Shown one piece after another: positions 12,530 to 25,800 of a stretch of 64,000 bases of DNA (position 1 is the first letter of the stretch; every line of letters begins with the position of its first letter). A model generated the notes under the pieces. That model ran no database searches, was not told where the DNA came from, and saw nothing but the letters and a program-made list of their open reading frames with translations. Where the stretch lies: positions 12,433,654 through 12,497,653 of the forward strand of contig CM082577.2 in the NCBI GenBank assembly GCA_040954595.2, given 5' to 3'. The DNA is from Balanoglossus misakiensis (taxonomy: Eukaryota; Animalia; Hemichordata). The translations under genes were made by a program, and so were the position numbers.

Positions 12530-12863
12530 TCTCGAGTGACACCTGCGAGACAGCAGTGAGACAGAATTCGAAAGTTAAACGAGACTTATTGGTAAGTTGA
12601 AGTTTGACTAGAATTCTGCTGAGCTGCTGTCGCAGCTAAGGTGTCACTTGCCCACCCAAATATATGTGTTTGTACGCAACTGTACTATTCATGATGAGTT
12701 TCACCCTCCCAAATTATTGAGGAATGGTGTATTCTCTTGCCAATAAAAACTGAATGCTGGGTAGTATCGCGCAATCTCGAGTGACACATTAGCTGCGACA
12801 GCAGCTCAGCAGAATTCTAGTCAAACTTCAACTTACAAGTAAGTCTCGTTTAACTTTCGAATT
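12530..12863 (+). repeat. DIRS ICR and right terminal repeat
   Basis: ~12565-12648 is the reverse complement of ~12780-12863 (about 3 mismatches); 12530-12570 resembles 12777-12818. Confidence 0.85.
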
Positions 12864-13503
12864 TTGGTAAAAATCTTCTACTCCATAACTACATGTACAA
12901 TGGAGCTGAAATTTGATAGGAATGTGTGTTATGGTGCACCTTAAGGATTATGTAAATTTGGATTTGATGGGGTCATGAATATGCAAATTAGATCTAAAAA
13001 TAGAAGTTTGTGTAAAAACCTTCTTCACCATAACTACATGTACGACGGAGCTGAAATTTGGTAGGGATGTGTGTTATGGTGCCCCTACCTGATTTTGTTA
13101 ATTTGGATATGATGGGGTCATTAATATGCAAATTAGATTTAAAAATAGATTTTTTGGTAAAAAATCTTGTTCTCCCTAACTACATGTACGATGGAGCTGA
13201 AATTTGGTAGGAATGTGTGTTATGGTGCCCCTACCTGATTTTGTTATTTGGAATTTTGATATGGGGTCATGAATATGCAAATTGGAACCTTGGTGCTTCC
13301 TTTTGATATTGTTCTTTAGTATTCAATTCTTTCTTTCTTTAGCACAATGAATGAAGTTGAATTTGGATAAATACTTGTGATGTCTATGTTTGGTTTTGTT
13401 CAATAGAATACAATTGTTATGAATTAAAACATATGGTATTCATATCATTGCCCAGGTTACACTGCTAGTCAGCAGAGCTCTTTTGACCGATAGGTCACTT
13501 GTC
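12864..13503 (+). mobile_element. HINE-like (Helentron-associated) non-autonomous element, 3' half, with ~120-bp internal tandem repeats
   Basis: ~120-bp units (TAACTACATGTAC...AATATGCAAATTAG); 3' hairpin TGACCGATAGGTCA followed by CTTGT; same family as 53403-54365. Confidence 0.7.
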
Positions 13504-13786
13504 TTTTTATAAAATGATAATTGTTGTATTGCGTGCCTGAATAATTAATCTTGACTACTTGTCACAAATAATTTATACCAGGCATCACTAATAGCACATT
13601 GCAGCCTGACATGCAATGGTTAAACCGCATGGATATTCTGTAGCTAGATGTGTCTGCATTAGTCATGTGGTACAGTCTTACTTACAGTTCCTCTGTAGAT
13701 ACTGAATGTGATTTTGCAAAATTTAAATGGACCTGTTGTCTTATCACATATTTTAGCGCATTTGTTTATTTTGATTTTTCCCACAG

Positions 13787-13885
13787 AATGGACTGTCTCC
13801 TTTGTTTTATGCAGCAAGGAATGAACATATCACCATAGCTCGACGCTTACTGGACAATACACATAGGTTACACGAAGATAGCACG
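13787..13885 (+). CDS. ankyrin gene exon 1 in window
   Basis: cag|NGLSPLFYAARNEHITIARRLLDNTHRLHEDST|gtatg, 99 bp. Confidence 0.82.
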
Positions 13886-16800
13886 GTATGTATGATAAAC
13901 GCTTCAGTGTAATTATCTGATATGTGACCGTTGAACCAATTCCAAACTTACTGAAAATAATACCCATCCCACAACAAAACATTATAATAATAACTAGGGT
14001 CTACAAATGTGACATAAGTTGTATTTTTGTAACCCTGTAATTTGCGACCCACCTTTCCAAAAGTATTGGATGTTAAGGTGGTATTGCATGAAACCGTCGA
14101 GACTTTTTCAGAGGCCTATTTCTCATCAAAGAAAAAGTTAAAACCCCCATAAACCATATATATTCTGGAAGCTGAGATTTTGAACTTTTGTTTGAGTTGC
14201 AAATATTATTGATCCCCGGAAATGGTGGCGATTTTGGGTGAAAAAACCCATTTTTTGATATTATGTCATGAAATTTAAAATAGGTAAAAAAGTTGACCAT
14301 GCATCATGCATCTTAATATATCATTCGAAACTAGAGTAATTTTGTTTTGCGTTATCTGCTTCCATTGAGGAGTAACAGCGTTTGAAAGTTAGATTTTTAG
14401 TAAAATTTGATCAAATTCACGGTGAGTTGTATTGAATCAGAGTTTATTCCCGCCAGGGACATTTTATTGACTAACAAAAATACCGTTTTGTTGGATGGGT
14501 CATACACAATCCCCAGTTAAAATTTGAGCAAATTCGGCCAACGCAGAGCGAAGCTATTTTCGTCTGAAGTTGTCAAGAGCAGCGAAAATGCAAACTGAGA
14601 AAAACGGCCATTTGCATTGTTGACACCTATTTGTTAAGCTGTGAACTCATTCAGAAAAGTGTTATTTTGGGGTGATTATGCACCATTTCCGCCAAGACGT
14701 ATTAGTCAGGGTGTGGGTCAGTATTAGGCCTACCGATTTATGTAAAAAAGTAAAATTTGGCAAAAATCACAACTTTTCATGCAGTGCCACCTTAATTGTA
14801 GTAGATCTGAGAGTACTGTAGAATGTTACTATTGACGAAACCTGGTTGATATTGGACATTTGAGTATATTTTACCAACCTATTGTTATAAGGACACCACA
14901 TTAACTATAAGAATTTTTGAGAACCTTCACATCTACAAGTTGATTACTTTCATTTATCCCCCAACACTCACCCAAATCGATTATATGTGTGAATAGTTGT
15001 AGACAAATGTAAATCGTCATTTCAAATTCATGATTTGAAAATTTGCACTTCATGTGTAACATTTATGTTAAAATTTGCTGTAGCAGTCGTGTTTGGAGGT
15101 CTGTTCATACGCGTGTTTACCACTATCACCATTTATCATACATGCAACGCCTGTATTTAACACTTTCTATTGTTCTCGCCCCGAAGATATTTTATGGTAT
15201 TTCACAATGTGAAAATATCGCGTCCGCATCTCGGCGCGACAGTTCGCTGCGCGCGCGAGCGACACACGGGGCATAGGACTCTAGTGGAGAGGGGTGTTGT
15301 AAAATTTGGTTATTAGAAGCTGTAATAAAGTTTTCAAAGCTGGCAGTTTTGTCATGTTGAATGCATCATTTTTAGTTCTTCGAAATTCTCAATGCAAAAT
15401 AATTGTTAACATGATATTTTGAAAGAGAACGTAGACAATTTTATTTAGAATGCGGATGTGCCCATCGTAATGAAAGCTGCCAACCCCCTTAAAATGATAC
15501 TACGGCCCAAACGTCATACGTCACAACATGGCGACTGCCGTGATCCCAGCGCCCGGGTTCAAATTTGAAATAGTTTTTCTCGGCGCATTTTCGCAAATCG
15601 TACTGTTTTATAGGTAGGCATGTATGATAAAGGGGTTATTACACTTATTTTGGTCGATAACGCGACGCATTCTCGTGATGTCCGTATTTTGACTCGTTGC
15701 GAAGCGCAACTCGTCAAAATACGGACATCAGTCGAATACGACGCGTTATCGACCAAAATAAGTGTAATAACCCCTAATTATCATACATGCAACGCCTGTA
15801 TTTAACACTTTCTATTGTTCTCGCCCCGAAGATATTTTACGGTATTTCACAATGTGAAAATATCGCGTCCGCGTCTCGGCGCGACAGTTCCATGCGCGCG
15901 CGAGCGACACACGGGGCATATGACTCTAGTGGAGAGGGGTGTTGTAAAATTCGGTTATTAGAAGCTGTAATAAAGTTTTCAAAGCTGGCGGTTTTGTCAT
16001 GTTGAATGCATCATTTTAGTTCTTCGAAATTCTCAATGCAAAATAATTGTTAACATGATATTTTGAAAGAGAACGTAGACAATTTTATTTAGAATGCGGA
16101 TGTGCCCATCGTAATGAAAGCTGCCAACCCCCTTAAAATGATACTACGGCCCAAACGTCATACGTCACAACATGGCGACTGCCGTGATCCCAGCGCCCGG
16201 TTCAAATTTGAAATTGTTTTTCTCGGTGCATTTTCGCAAATCGTACTGTTTTATAGGTAGGCATGTATGATAAAGGGGTTATTACTAACACTAATTTTGG
16301 TCGATAACGCGACGCATTCTCGTGATGTCCGTATTTTGACTCGTTGCAAAGCGCAACTCGTCAAAATACGGACATCACTCGAATACGACGCGTTATCGAC
16401 CAAAATTAGTGTAATAACCCCTAAATACCGGTATAGTGGTGTCTTGTTTAAAATGTCTGCTACAATTCATATCACACTGCCGAAATTACTACTGTACGTC
16501 AATTGTTACTGCATCACTTGTGAAGAAACTTACCAGAGATATGTTAGTTAAGAATTTGGTAACATTTGTAATTAATGAAATGTTTTTGATGTTACTATAA
16601 AAACTACAGATATACCATGTACTGGCATATGTATGTAACAAATATAAGAATTGCTATAAAAAATGCTAGCCAAAATATTTTACCTAGCTACAGATCTGAT
16701 AATGTTAGTGCACCTCACTATACAAAACTAATTTCATAGCTTGAACAATCGTTATTTTTAATCTATTCATTTTTATGCAGATGACTCGTCTTCATTGGGC

Positions 16801-19800
16801 GGTGAATAACTTTTACCGAGATGTTTCACGGACACTGGTGAAGGCCGGCCTTGATATAAATGAAGAGGTAAATTTAAATTGTCCTGATTGTGGATTGGCG
16901 TTGAAAGAATACTTTTGTGGGTATTTGTACATTATAAATGTCAATCTAACTAAAACCAGATGTAGACTTCGCCATCTCATGTGCTGGTTCTTTGCTGTAC
17001 TACTGTTCCTAGTTGCTGAACCCGCGCGATGCAAAATCTCGTTTAGGGAAAGATGTAAGACGGGAAAACTTGCAAGTATTGTCATTTCTTTTAATTGTGG
17101 ATTATTGGTTTCTCAATTGTATGTATAATGAAAATCCACAATAAAACATGAGTCACCGCGCTTGTTTTTAAAATACAAGGCCACAAATTTAGTCGATAAT
17201 TGAAGAAAACTGCTGAGTCATCATTTTTCACCAATGGTTTTTCTATGGGCAAAATTTTTAGCGAAGTTTATCTCAAATTATATTATATCATGTTACTGTC
17301 CGCAATTCTGATTGGACGAGAGCTCAATCCAGCGATGCTAAAATATTCATAATGCACTGCTGGAAGTGGTAAAACAGGCCCCTGAACTAGCATACGGCAA
17401 CAAAAATGTGCGGTTAAACCACAGTCGCGCGTGTTTAAACCAAATAAATAAAACAAAAATACTGTTGAATTAACGGACGTTTTATTTTGGAACTGCTCTG
17501 TGGAAATATTTGTCACTTTGCCACGCGCAATGGCCGTCTTGTCACTTTTTGTCGTCTGCTTCATGTTTAATGCTCGATCCCGGCTGGATCCCAGCCGCTC
17601 GTGTTTACATTCATCGTCGCCATGTTGGTTCACGATCGTAATTTCTCTTTCTGACGCCGTTTCGGTAAGAAAATGACACTGATATGCCACAAAAATAATT
17701 GTTGATATAATATAATAGCAATAAAACACCCCAGCCATGGTATACCACTCGATTTTGACCAGTTCAACTCCATATACGCACTCGCCAGGTCCTTGGTGTG
17801 TGAGATTCTTTTTCTCACACGACCAGAAATTTGCAATATTAACGTTTATTTACAATAAAAGAACTAAATCTATAAAATACCAACTGATAACTGCATGACC
17901 AGTCATATATTGATCCGCCCAGCAAAACATAGTCCCCATTTCATCACGAGTTTACAGTACACATATGCTATAAAAATGTGCTCAACATATTAAAATATGG
18001 AGATTGTTTCAAGTGGCATAAATTTGCGCGATATCTAGAAACTGCTACCGTTTTTTTTTTTAGTCTGTCACCAACCACGTACACCACTGTCGTCTGCACA
18101 TGACCTGATCACATTGTAGTTCACCTTTCAATCATTGACTGGTTTATCTAGTGTCCCAGGTCAGGGGACTTGCCCCCGCCCCAAACCCACCCCCTTCACT
18201 TCAAGGTTTACAATGTCTGCCAACACGAATACAAATACTTAAACATATATAAACAATGTTCAGTTTTAATACCCACTGATGAGGGAAAACATCAGATTCA
18301 AATTCTTTTCATGGGAGCGCTGTTTTTCTTTTTTACAAGATAGATAGGTGATGTATTTAAAATGGGGGGGGGATTTCAAAATTTTAGCAGTTCGGAAGGG
18401 GGGATTTGAAATTTTTTTGGGTTGTATGTGAAAATTGACGGTAAAAAAAATTGAATTCTCCCGCCCCCCCCCCCCCCTCCAAAGGTGTTTGTGAATGCAG
18501 CCTTACTACAAATTATACTCTGTTATGGATATATCATCGAAGAATAATAAGTGTTAACTATATTCAGTAAGTTTCATAAGGTCAAACCACTAGTATGTGT
18601 CTGTTCTGGTAAAATGTAAGCAGTACGTTTCTTTAATACAATTCTACATTCATTTTTTTTTTGTTCTTGCAAAACATCTCTAGTTAGATGATAGGAGCAC
18701 AATTCTACATCATGAAGTTCGTTCGAGTGAGAAAGAGGTTGTCCAGCTTTGTGTTGATTTGAAGGCTGATGTACACAAACAGGATGGTGTAAGTTTTATC
18801 GATTTGTTTTACCTATTTACAAAGTTTATCAGAAACTACTATGTAAATATTCACAGCATACATTTTTTGTTCTGTCAAAATTGAGATCATGGCTCCATTC
18901 TGGGCATATGATGTCATCACTTCCACCTTTACTACCAATTTCAAAATACCTTGGAAATTCTTTGTGTTCGAGTGTTACAATAAACGTCTCCCATGATAAG
19001 AAAAAAACGTCTAAGTTCATGAAACTGAATACCGCACTTTGTTTATTTTGCAACAAAGTTACCGTTTCAAACGTTTGTAATCCCACTGTGAGATTGTCTG
19101 TAGTCTACTCTGAACCTTGTATGAGGATGTTTTGCACTGACAACCAAGGAAACTTCCTAATGATGAAGAGCAATATATCGAGTATTTAAAACGACAAACT
19201 CCTTCGATTTCATACGAAGAAATTCAACAAAAATTGGCGGAATTTTCGCAAGCAGACGTGTCTATACCCACCGTCTGTCGAAATGTCAGAAATCGTTTGT
19301 CCGACAAAACGGGGACTTGGAAAAAAATGGCGTGTTGCAAACGACGAGAGTTGTTTAGCGTGTCGAATGCTGCTCTTCGAAGCTTGTAGTTACCTTCTGA
19401 CCGGGACATTTACGCTTGAACGGACTGGGTTCCCCCCCACTTCAGGTTGGTATATTCCTTTGAAGCAGAGACGTGAATTGCTAGTTCCGCGGGTTGCAGT
19501 GTATCCCGTCTGTTGAACTATCTTTTAGAAGAATCGACGTATTGCGAAGAGAGACTATTGAGATGAGAATTAGCGGTGTAGGATATAGAGACGACGTACC
19601 AAACTGCCGTGTTGTATTCTGAATTTGTGTTGTTGAAATAAATACAACGGAGTGAAAGCAAAATATATGAACTCAGCGTGACAGGTTACATTGTTTGAAA
19701 AATCGCACCCAGCGGATTTTTTTTTCAGATCTGGCTTTTTCAACGTGTTTGTTTGGCGTTCATGATTTAGTATATATCCATGTTCTTGTTCCGCTATTTC

Positions 19801-22800
19801 CCATTCCGAAAACCCCAAAGTTTTAAATGTGTACACTTTGACTAGAAAAGGCCTCAGACACCTTCATATGCTGTCCAGCAGCCGGGGTGGGATATCCGAC
19901 TGCGGTGCAGCTCAAAGTAGCGTGGAGCTGGTCATGTTGGGAGCGGTGCAGCCGGCCAGTGGATAGACGTCTTACACTTTCATACCCACCGGCGTGCGGC
20001 AATCGGCAAGAACCCATCGGGAGGAACCCAGTCCGTTCAAGCACAAATGTCCCGGTCAGAAGGTAACTACGAGCTTCGTAGAGCAGTGTTCGACACGCTA
20101 AACAACTCTCGTCGTCCGTGTTCGAGTCGACACGTCTCTCTCAACACGCACGTACTTCAACTGGGCATTGGGATGGGAGGCGCCTCTTTGTCTACTAAAT
20201 CGTGACGCTGTGGTAAACTGTTGCAAAATTTACGATTGCGGTATGCAGTACAGTCGTTTCTTTTTGCTACAAAAGACGTTTATTTTATCACCAGAGGACA
20301 ACGAATTTCCAAGGTATTTTGAAATTGGTAGTAAGGTGGCATTGCATGAAACCGTCAATACTTTTTCAGAAGCCTATTTCTCATCAAAGACAATGTTAAA
20401 ACCCCAATAAACCATATATATTCTGGAAGCTGAGTTTTTGAAATTTTGTTTGAGTTGAGTTGAAATTTCTATAAAAAATATAATTAACGTATACGGTTAT
20501 TAGTAATAGTGCAGTATGGTATGTCATGAAAAACAGCTCCCATAGGATTTTTGTGCTAAAATTGATTTTTTTGCTGTTTTGGCTTCTATGGGGACCCAAC
20601 TACCCAAAAATGATAGGGTGCAATTTTTAGGGCCCCTCCATCATATTTCATGCAATGCCACCTTAAGGGAAAATGTTCTTGAAGATAACGACACTGACGA
20701 TGAGTAGATCAAACAGAACTGGTTTTTGTGAAAATGATGATTGAGAATACCAAGATATCAGAAAAGAATCGTTATGCTTCTTGGGTTGTTTATTGCACCT
20801 TCCGTGGTAGGGAGGGTGCCTCAAGGGTTCATTTTATGAGATGGGACTGTAGCTCGGAAAATAAACTAAAATACACATTATGTACTTTATTATATATAAA
20901 GAAGTTTTAATTTACCTTAGTATACTAAATTTAGAATAAACGAAAAAATCTACGAAACACATATATAGAGAACCCCCCCCCCCCCCCCCACCAAAAAAAT
21001 GTGGTAAAGGGGTCCAACATTTTGCACACCATCACTTTTCGGCAGTCAGTCTGCATTCAAGCCAAAGAAGCAAACCAAATTGCAAGAAATACCACGACAA
21101 TACTAACCGTATAGTAAATATCTTCAGGGTGGCCAAAACAGAAATGATTACCCCCCCCCCCCCGACCCCCAAGACATGATGGAAGGTCCCAAAAATTTGA
21201 ACCCACCCCATTTTAGTTCTGGTGGAGCCCCATTGAAACCAAAACATCAAAGAAAATAAAAAAAATCGCAAAATATTCTATGAGAAGGGAGTAAATAGGC
21301 CAACAAACAAATTCGGAGTGGCCAAAATGGAAGTGCCCCCCCCAAATAAAAAAAGATGGAGGGGCCCTATAATTTGCACCCTATTATTTTTGGCCAGGTG
21401 GGTCCCCTCCAAAGCAAAAACAACAAAAACAAATTAATTGTAGCCCAAATTCCCATGATAATAGAGAAAATAGGCCAACGAACAACTTCGGAGTGGCCAC
21501 AATGGAAGTGCCCCCCCCCAAATAAAAAATGATGGAGGGGCCCTATAATTTGCACCCTATTATTTTTGGCCAGGTGGGTCCCCTCCAAAGCAAAAACAAC
21601 AAAAACAAATTAATTGTAGCCCAAATTCCCATGATAATAGAGAAAATAGGCCAACGAACAACTTCGGAGTGGCCACAATGGAAGTGCCCCCCCCCAAATA
21701 AAAAATGATGGAGGGGCCCTATAATTTGCACCCTATTATTTTTGGCCAGGTGGGTCCCCTCCAAAGCAAAAACAACAAAAACATATTAATTGTAGCCCAA
21801 ATTCCCATGATGATAGAGTAAATAGGTAAACAAATATCCTCGAGTGACCAAAACAGAAGAGACCCCCCGAAAAAAAATTGATGGAGGGGCCCTAAAAATT
21901 GCACCCCATGATTTTTGGGTAGTTGGGTCCCCATTGAAGCCAAACAGCAAAAAAAATCAATTTTAGCACAAAAATCCTACGGGAATACACATCATACCAC
22001 AAAACGGAAGTACCCCCCCCCCCCCCCCCCCCCAGAAAAATATGATGGAGGGGCCCTTAAAATTGCACCCCATCATTTTCGGGTAGTTGGGTCCCCATAG
22101 AAGCCAAAACAGCAAAAAAATCAATTTTAGCACAAAAATCCTACGGGAATACACATCATACCACACTGTAATGTGTTTCCATAATTTCTTAGTTTGATGA
22201 AATGTATATATATAGTATCACAGATATACCAGTACATCTCTATCACTATTAGTGACAAGTTGATAAACCGCTAATTGACATAATTATCTGAGTCATTGCT
22301 CCAGTCATTACTTTGTGACAGCTACACAACGTACAATGGTACACGTTGGCAATATCTGTCCTTGTAAAAAGAATTTTTCAGTGAATTTTCCTTCATCATT
22401 AACTTCAGTTTGGTCCGAAACTATTGTTTTATATGGTTAAGTTTGACCTCTTTAAAGGGACAAGGGAGGGAGAACGTTGGGGTGAAATGGTTAAAAGACG
22501 TACGTTGTATTTGTTCTCACTATGGCTTTGTGAATGTATACTTTTATTATTTTCATTTCCTGGTGCTGAAAACACTTTCATTCATATTTATATCATGGCT
22601 TTCTTATGTATATTTTTACTATTTTCATTTTCTGCTTTTGACAATACTGGCATTCATAATTATTATCATGTCTGATTTGTTATGTCATTCATATTTTAAA
22701 TTTGCAGGAAAAACGTACACCCTTGTACTATGCAGTGAGAAATGGACAAGTTGATAACACTAGGGTACTTTTGGAATCAGACGCAAATTTCTTACCTTTA

Positions 22801-25800
22801 TCAGACGTAAGAACATTCTCCATAATCAGATCTATCACAATACAACTCTGTTATATTTATGAACATGTTCCAAAATGAATTCTGCATAGATGTACTATGT
22901 TTAAATGTGTGGGCATATTTTTTTGTGTACTTTTTAAAAAAATGACATGTTTGTATTAATTCGCTCTCATATTGCTAAACAACACTCAGTTATGAATTTG
23001 AAGTTTCATGGATCATTTCTTTTTCATCATAGAGTCATCAGGAAGATACTTCATCTAAAACAAAGTGGTCTGCATCTCAACAGCCAGTGTACTTGGCAGC
23101 AGCCATGTATGAACGCAAAGATTTTGTAAATACTCTACAACAATCAGGAAGAAATATTGATGAAGAGTTTGAGGTAATTGAACAGCCATGGATACTTCTT
23201 ACAATAAAATAAATCCCCCTGTTAGGTTGGTGAATCATTATGTTGTTTCATGTTTGGTACTAATACTAATATGCCCATTTTTTCGAAGGATGGTTTGACA
23301 GCATTGCATGTTGCTTCTTACAATGACAAGAAAAATGCAGTCGAAATACTGATTGAGTGTGGAGCAAATATAAACAAACAAGATAAGGTAATGTAGAGTT
23401 TTATTCATATGTTTTCTAACTTTGTATCTACCTTGCAATGTCTTATTGTACAAGACACACAATATCATAGCAACGTGTGTACTTTTCAATCACTTAGTTC
23501 CGTCACATTCTTTATATACCGGTATATGTTTTGTAAATGCATGCCACCAGACAGATTGATGAAAAAACAATGGATTAATTATGCAATAATCAAAGACAAA
23601 CAAGTCAAAACAATACAAAAGCCAAAGAGAAACTTGACTGACTAACTAATAATGCCCAGGGCGACTGGCTGTAAGCAAAATAAAATATAAATACCAAAGC
23701 AAGCACATAAAAAAACATGTCTCTCTATCTAAAACTGAGGGCATGAGAAGCATTAGAGGCATGTGTGTATGTATGTACCGGTATGTGTGTATATACGTAC
23801 ATATGCATGCACGCACACACGCATTTATGTCTTTACCTGTATAGGTATGTGTGGTGTTTTTTTGTAAATTTGTATGATTTTTTGTTGTTCACACAGCTGG
23901 GATATACAGCCCTCCATCGTGCTGTGCTAAGTAGAAGTGAAAGTATTGTTGATGTCTTGCTCAATAAAAACATTGTTAAAAATGCCATTGACAAGGTAAG
24001 AATAATGTTAAAAAATGTTTGAGAAAAGGTGCTTTAATTCACCAATTAATGTTGCTTAATATTTTACCATAGCCAATTCATGTTATATGAAAGGAATGAA
24101 CTGGTGAACAGATGTGATTAACATAATGATTAAAGGGACAAAGTCTCTCTCTCGCTGCCCTTTTTACCATTAATCACATTTAATACAAGACACCATTTAT
24201 GTTAAAGCCACAGTATTTCTCGTAGGGGCAAAATTTTGTTTGAAACGGCATCTATAATTTCTAAAAGTAGATGATAATTGATACTGAATCGAACAGTCAT
24301 CATCCCCAGCTCTGCTGATAAACTCATACAATTTACAATATAACGAGTGAAGAATGACTTTCTGTCCGGACAGAAAGTCACGTGAGTCAGGCTAATGTTG
24401 ACACACGTGACTAGAGCACATGCGCACTCAAATGTGAATCTATGCGGAAGAGGTTTGGTCGCCCCAAATCAAGCGACTCAGCGAAGAAATGCGCACTAAT
24501 TCGGCGAAATTTTGGGAAGATAACTTTATGGGAGAAATCAGTCGATGGAACCAGATCAAATCCGAAAATGGTCTGACCATCAAAATGTCAAAGTGGCACG
24601 TTTGCTGATCGACATGTACAACATTTCCGTTGTAAACAAACCCGCGCATCATTTCAAGTGTTACGGGCGATATTTTCGGCTTGCATGTAGCTACAATTGC
24701 CCAAACCTTTCTTACATCTTCATTATATAGTATTCCATGATGGATGTACTGGAAAAACGGGCTTTTTTCGATGATGAAAAATGGATGCACACGAGAAATA
24801 CTGGGGCTTTAATGTATTTATGTTAATGTACGGTACATGTATATATGTAGTGAATGAACGTTCAACCACACGCAATTCCATCCCGCTTGTATGATATGAG
24901 AGTAAAAATTAACCCCAAATGAATAAATGGTAAAACACCGATTATTCATTTTGGTTAGTTTATTCACCCTTATGTCTAGAAGTGGGATGGAAGGTGAGTG
25001 TGGTTGAACGTTGATTCACTATATATCCACATGCACATTAACATAAACAGTGTCTTGTATCAAACATAATTAATGGAAAAGGGCAGTGAGAGAGAGACTT
25101 TGTCCCTTTAACTTGAAACGAGGTATCCACATGTTTTTCCTGCTGTAGATTTTCTTTTGGAAAGGTAAACATCAGATGCCATGTTTTAAATTATTAAAAG
25201 CATAGACCCAAACATTGGTATATGACATTCACACAAACAAGTTCATAGGGTTTAGTGGGTAATATTAAATGTTTATCAATGAACCTCACAGAGAGACCAG
25301 CATGAAGCCAGTTACCATTATTTATTCCAAATTCCAATTGGAAGGAATGAAAGTCTTCGAACTAAACATCCTGATGCTGGTAACAAATTACTAGCAGCTT
25401 TTGTTTTGCTTGTGTGATTTTATTTTGTCAGCCATATTTAAGCATTTCCCAATTAATTTAATTGGAATATACATATTTAGAGTTTTATTTTATATTCCCA
25501 GAACGAACGTACAGCACTCTTTTGTGCTGCTGAGAAAAGATACAGTGACATAATTCGTCTTCTTCTGCGAGCTCAGTGTAAGATTGATCCCAACTCGGTG
25601 AGTTTAACCCAGCATTAGATTCCAAATGTGTTATGTGTCCTCATAAAGTGCCATATATTGTGAAATGGCATAAGATAAAACATAATAGAGAATTTTTTAC
25701 AGCATTCATGAGCATTGTGTTCAATCAATCTTAATTTTAGATAGGAAGATATTTATGTGTGAAGTGATAGTGAACGCTGTTCGACAGATAAAGAGTAGTC

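Larger units (their letters stand above)
1..12863 (+). mobile_element. DIRS1-like tyrosine-recombinase retrotransposon, decayed, 5' end outside the window, interrupted by hAT and Gypsy insertions
   Basis: Domain order gag - RT - RNase H - methyltransferase-like - YR, followed by an internal complementary region (ICR) and right inverted terminal repeat (ITR) ending ...TTTCGAATTT at ~12863. Confidence 0.93.

Noticed and set aside
15133-16422. Possible CRISPR-like or other repeat-spacer array
   Set aside because: Only two long near-identical units, no unique spacers, no cas genes, and a spliceosomal-intron context.
18360-18505. G/C-run segment ending GTGAATGCAGCCTTA that looks like one end of a MITE
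   Set aside because: No matching opposite terminus or TSD found.
21367-22166. Repeated 73-aa minus-strand ORFs
   Set aside because: By-products of the 176-bp tandem array; no domain or splice support.
24440-24790. 116-aa ORF inside MITE B
   Set aside because: No recognisable transposase or other motif; treated as a chance ORF.
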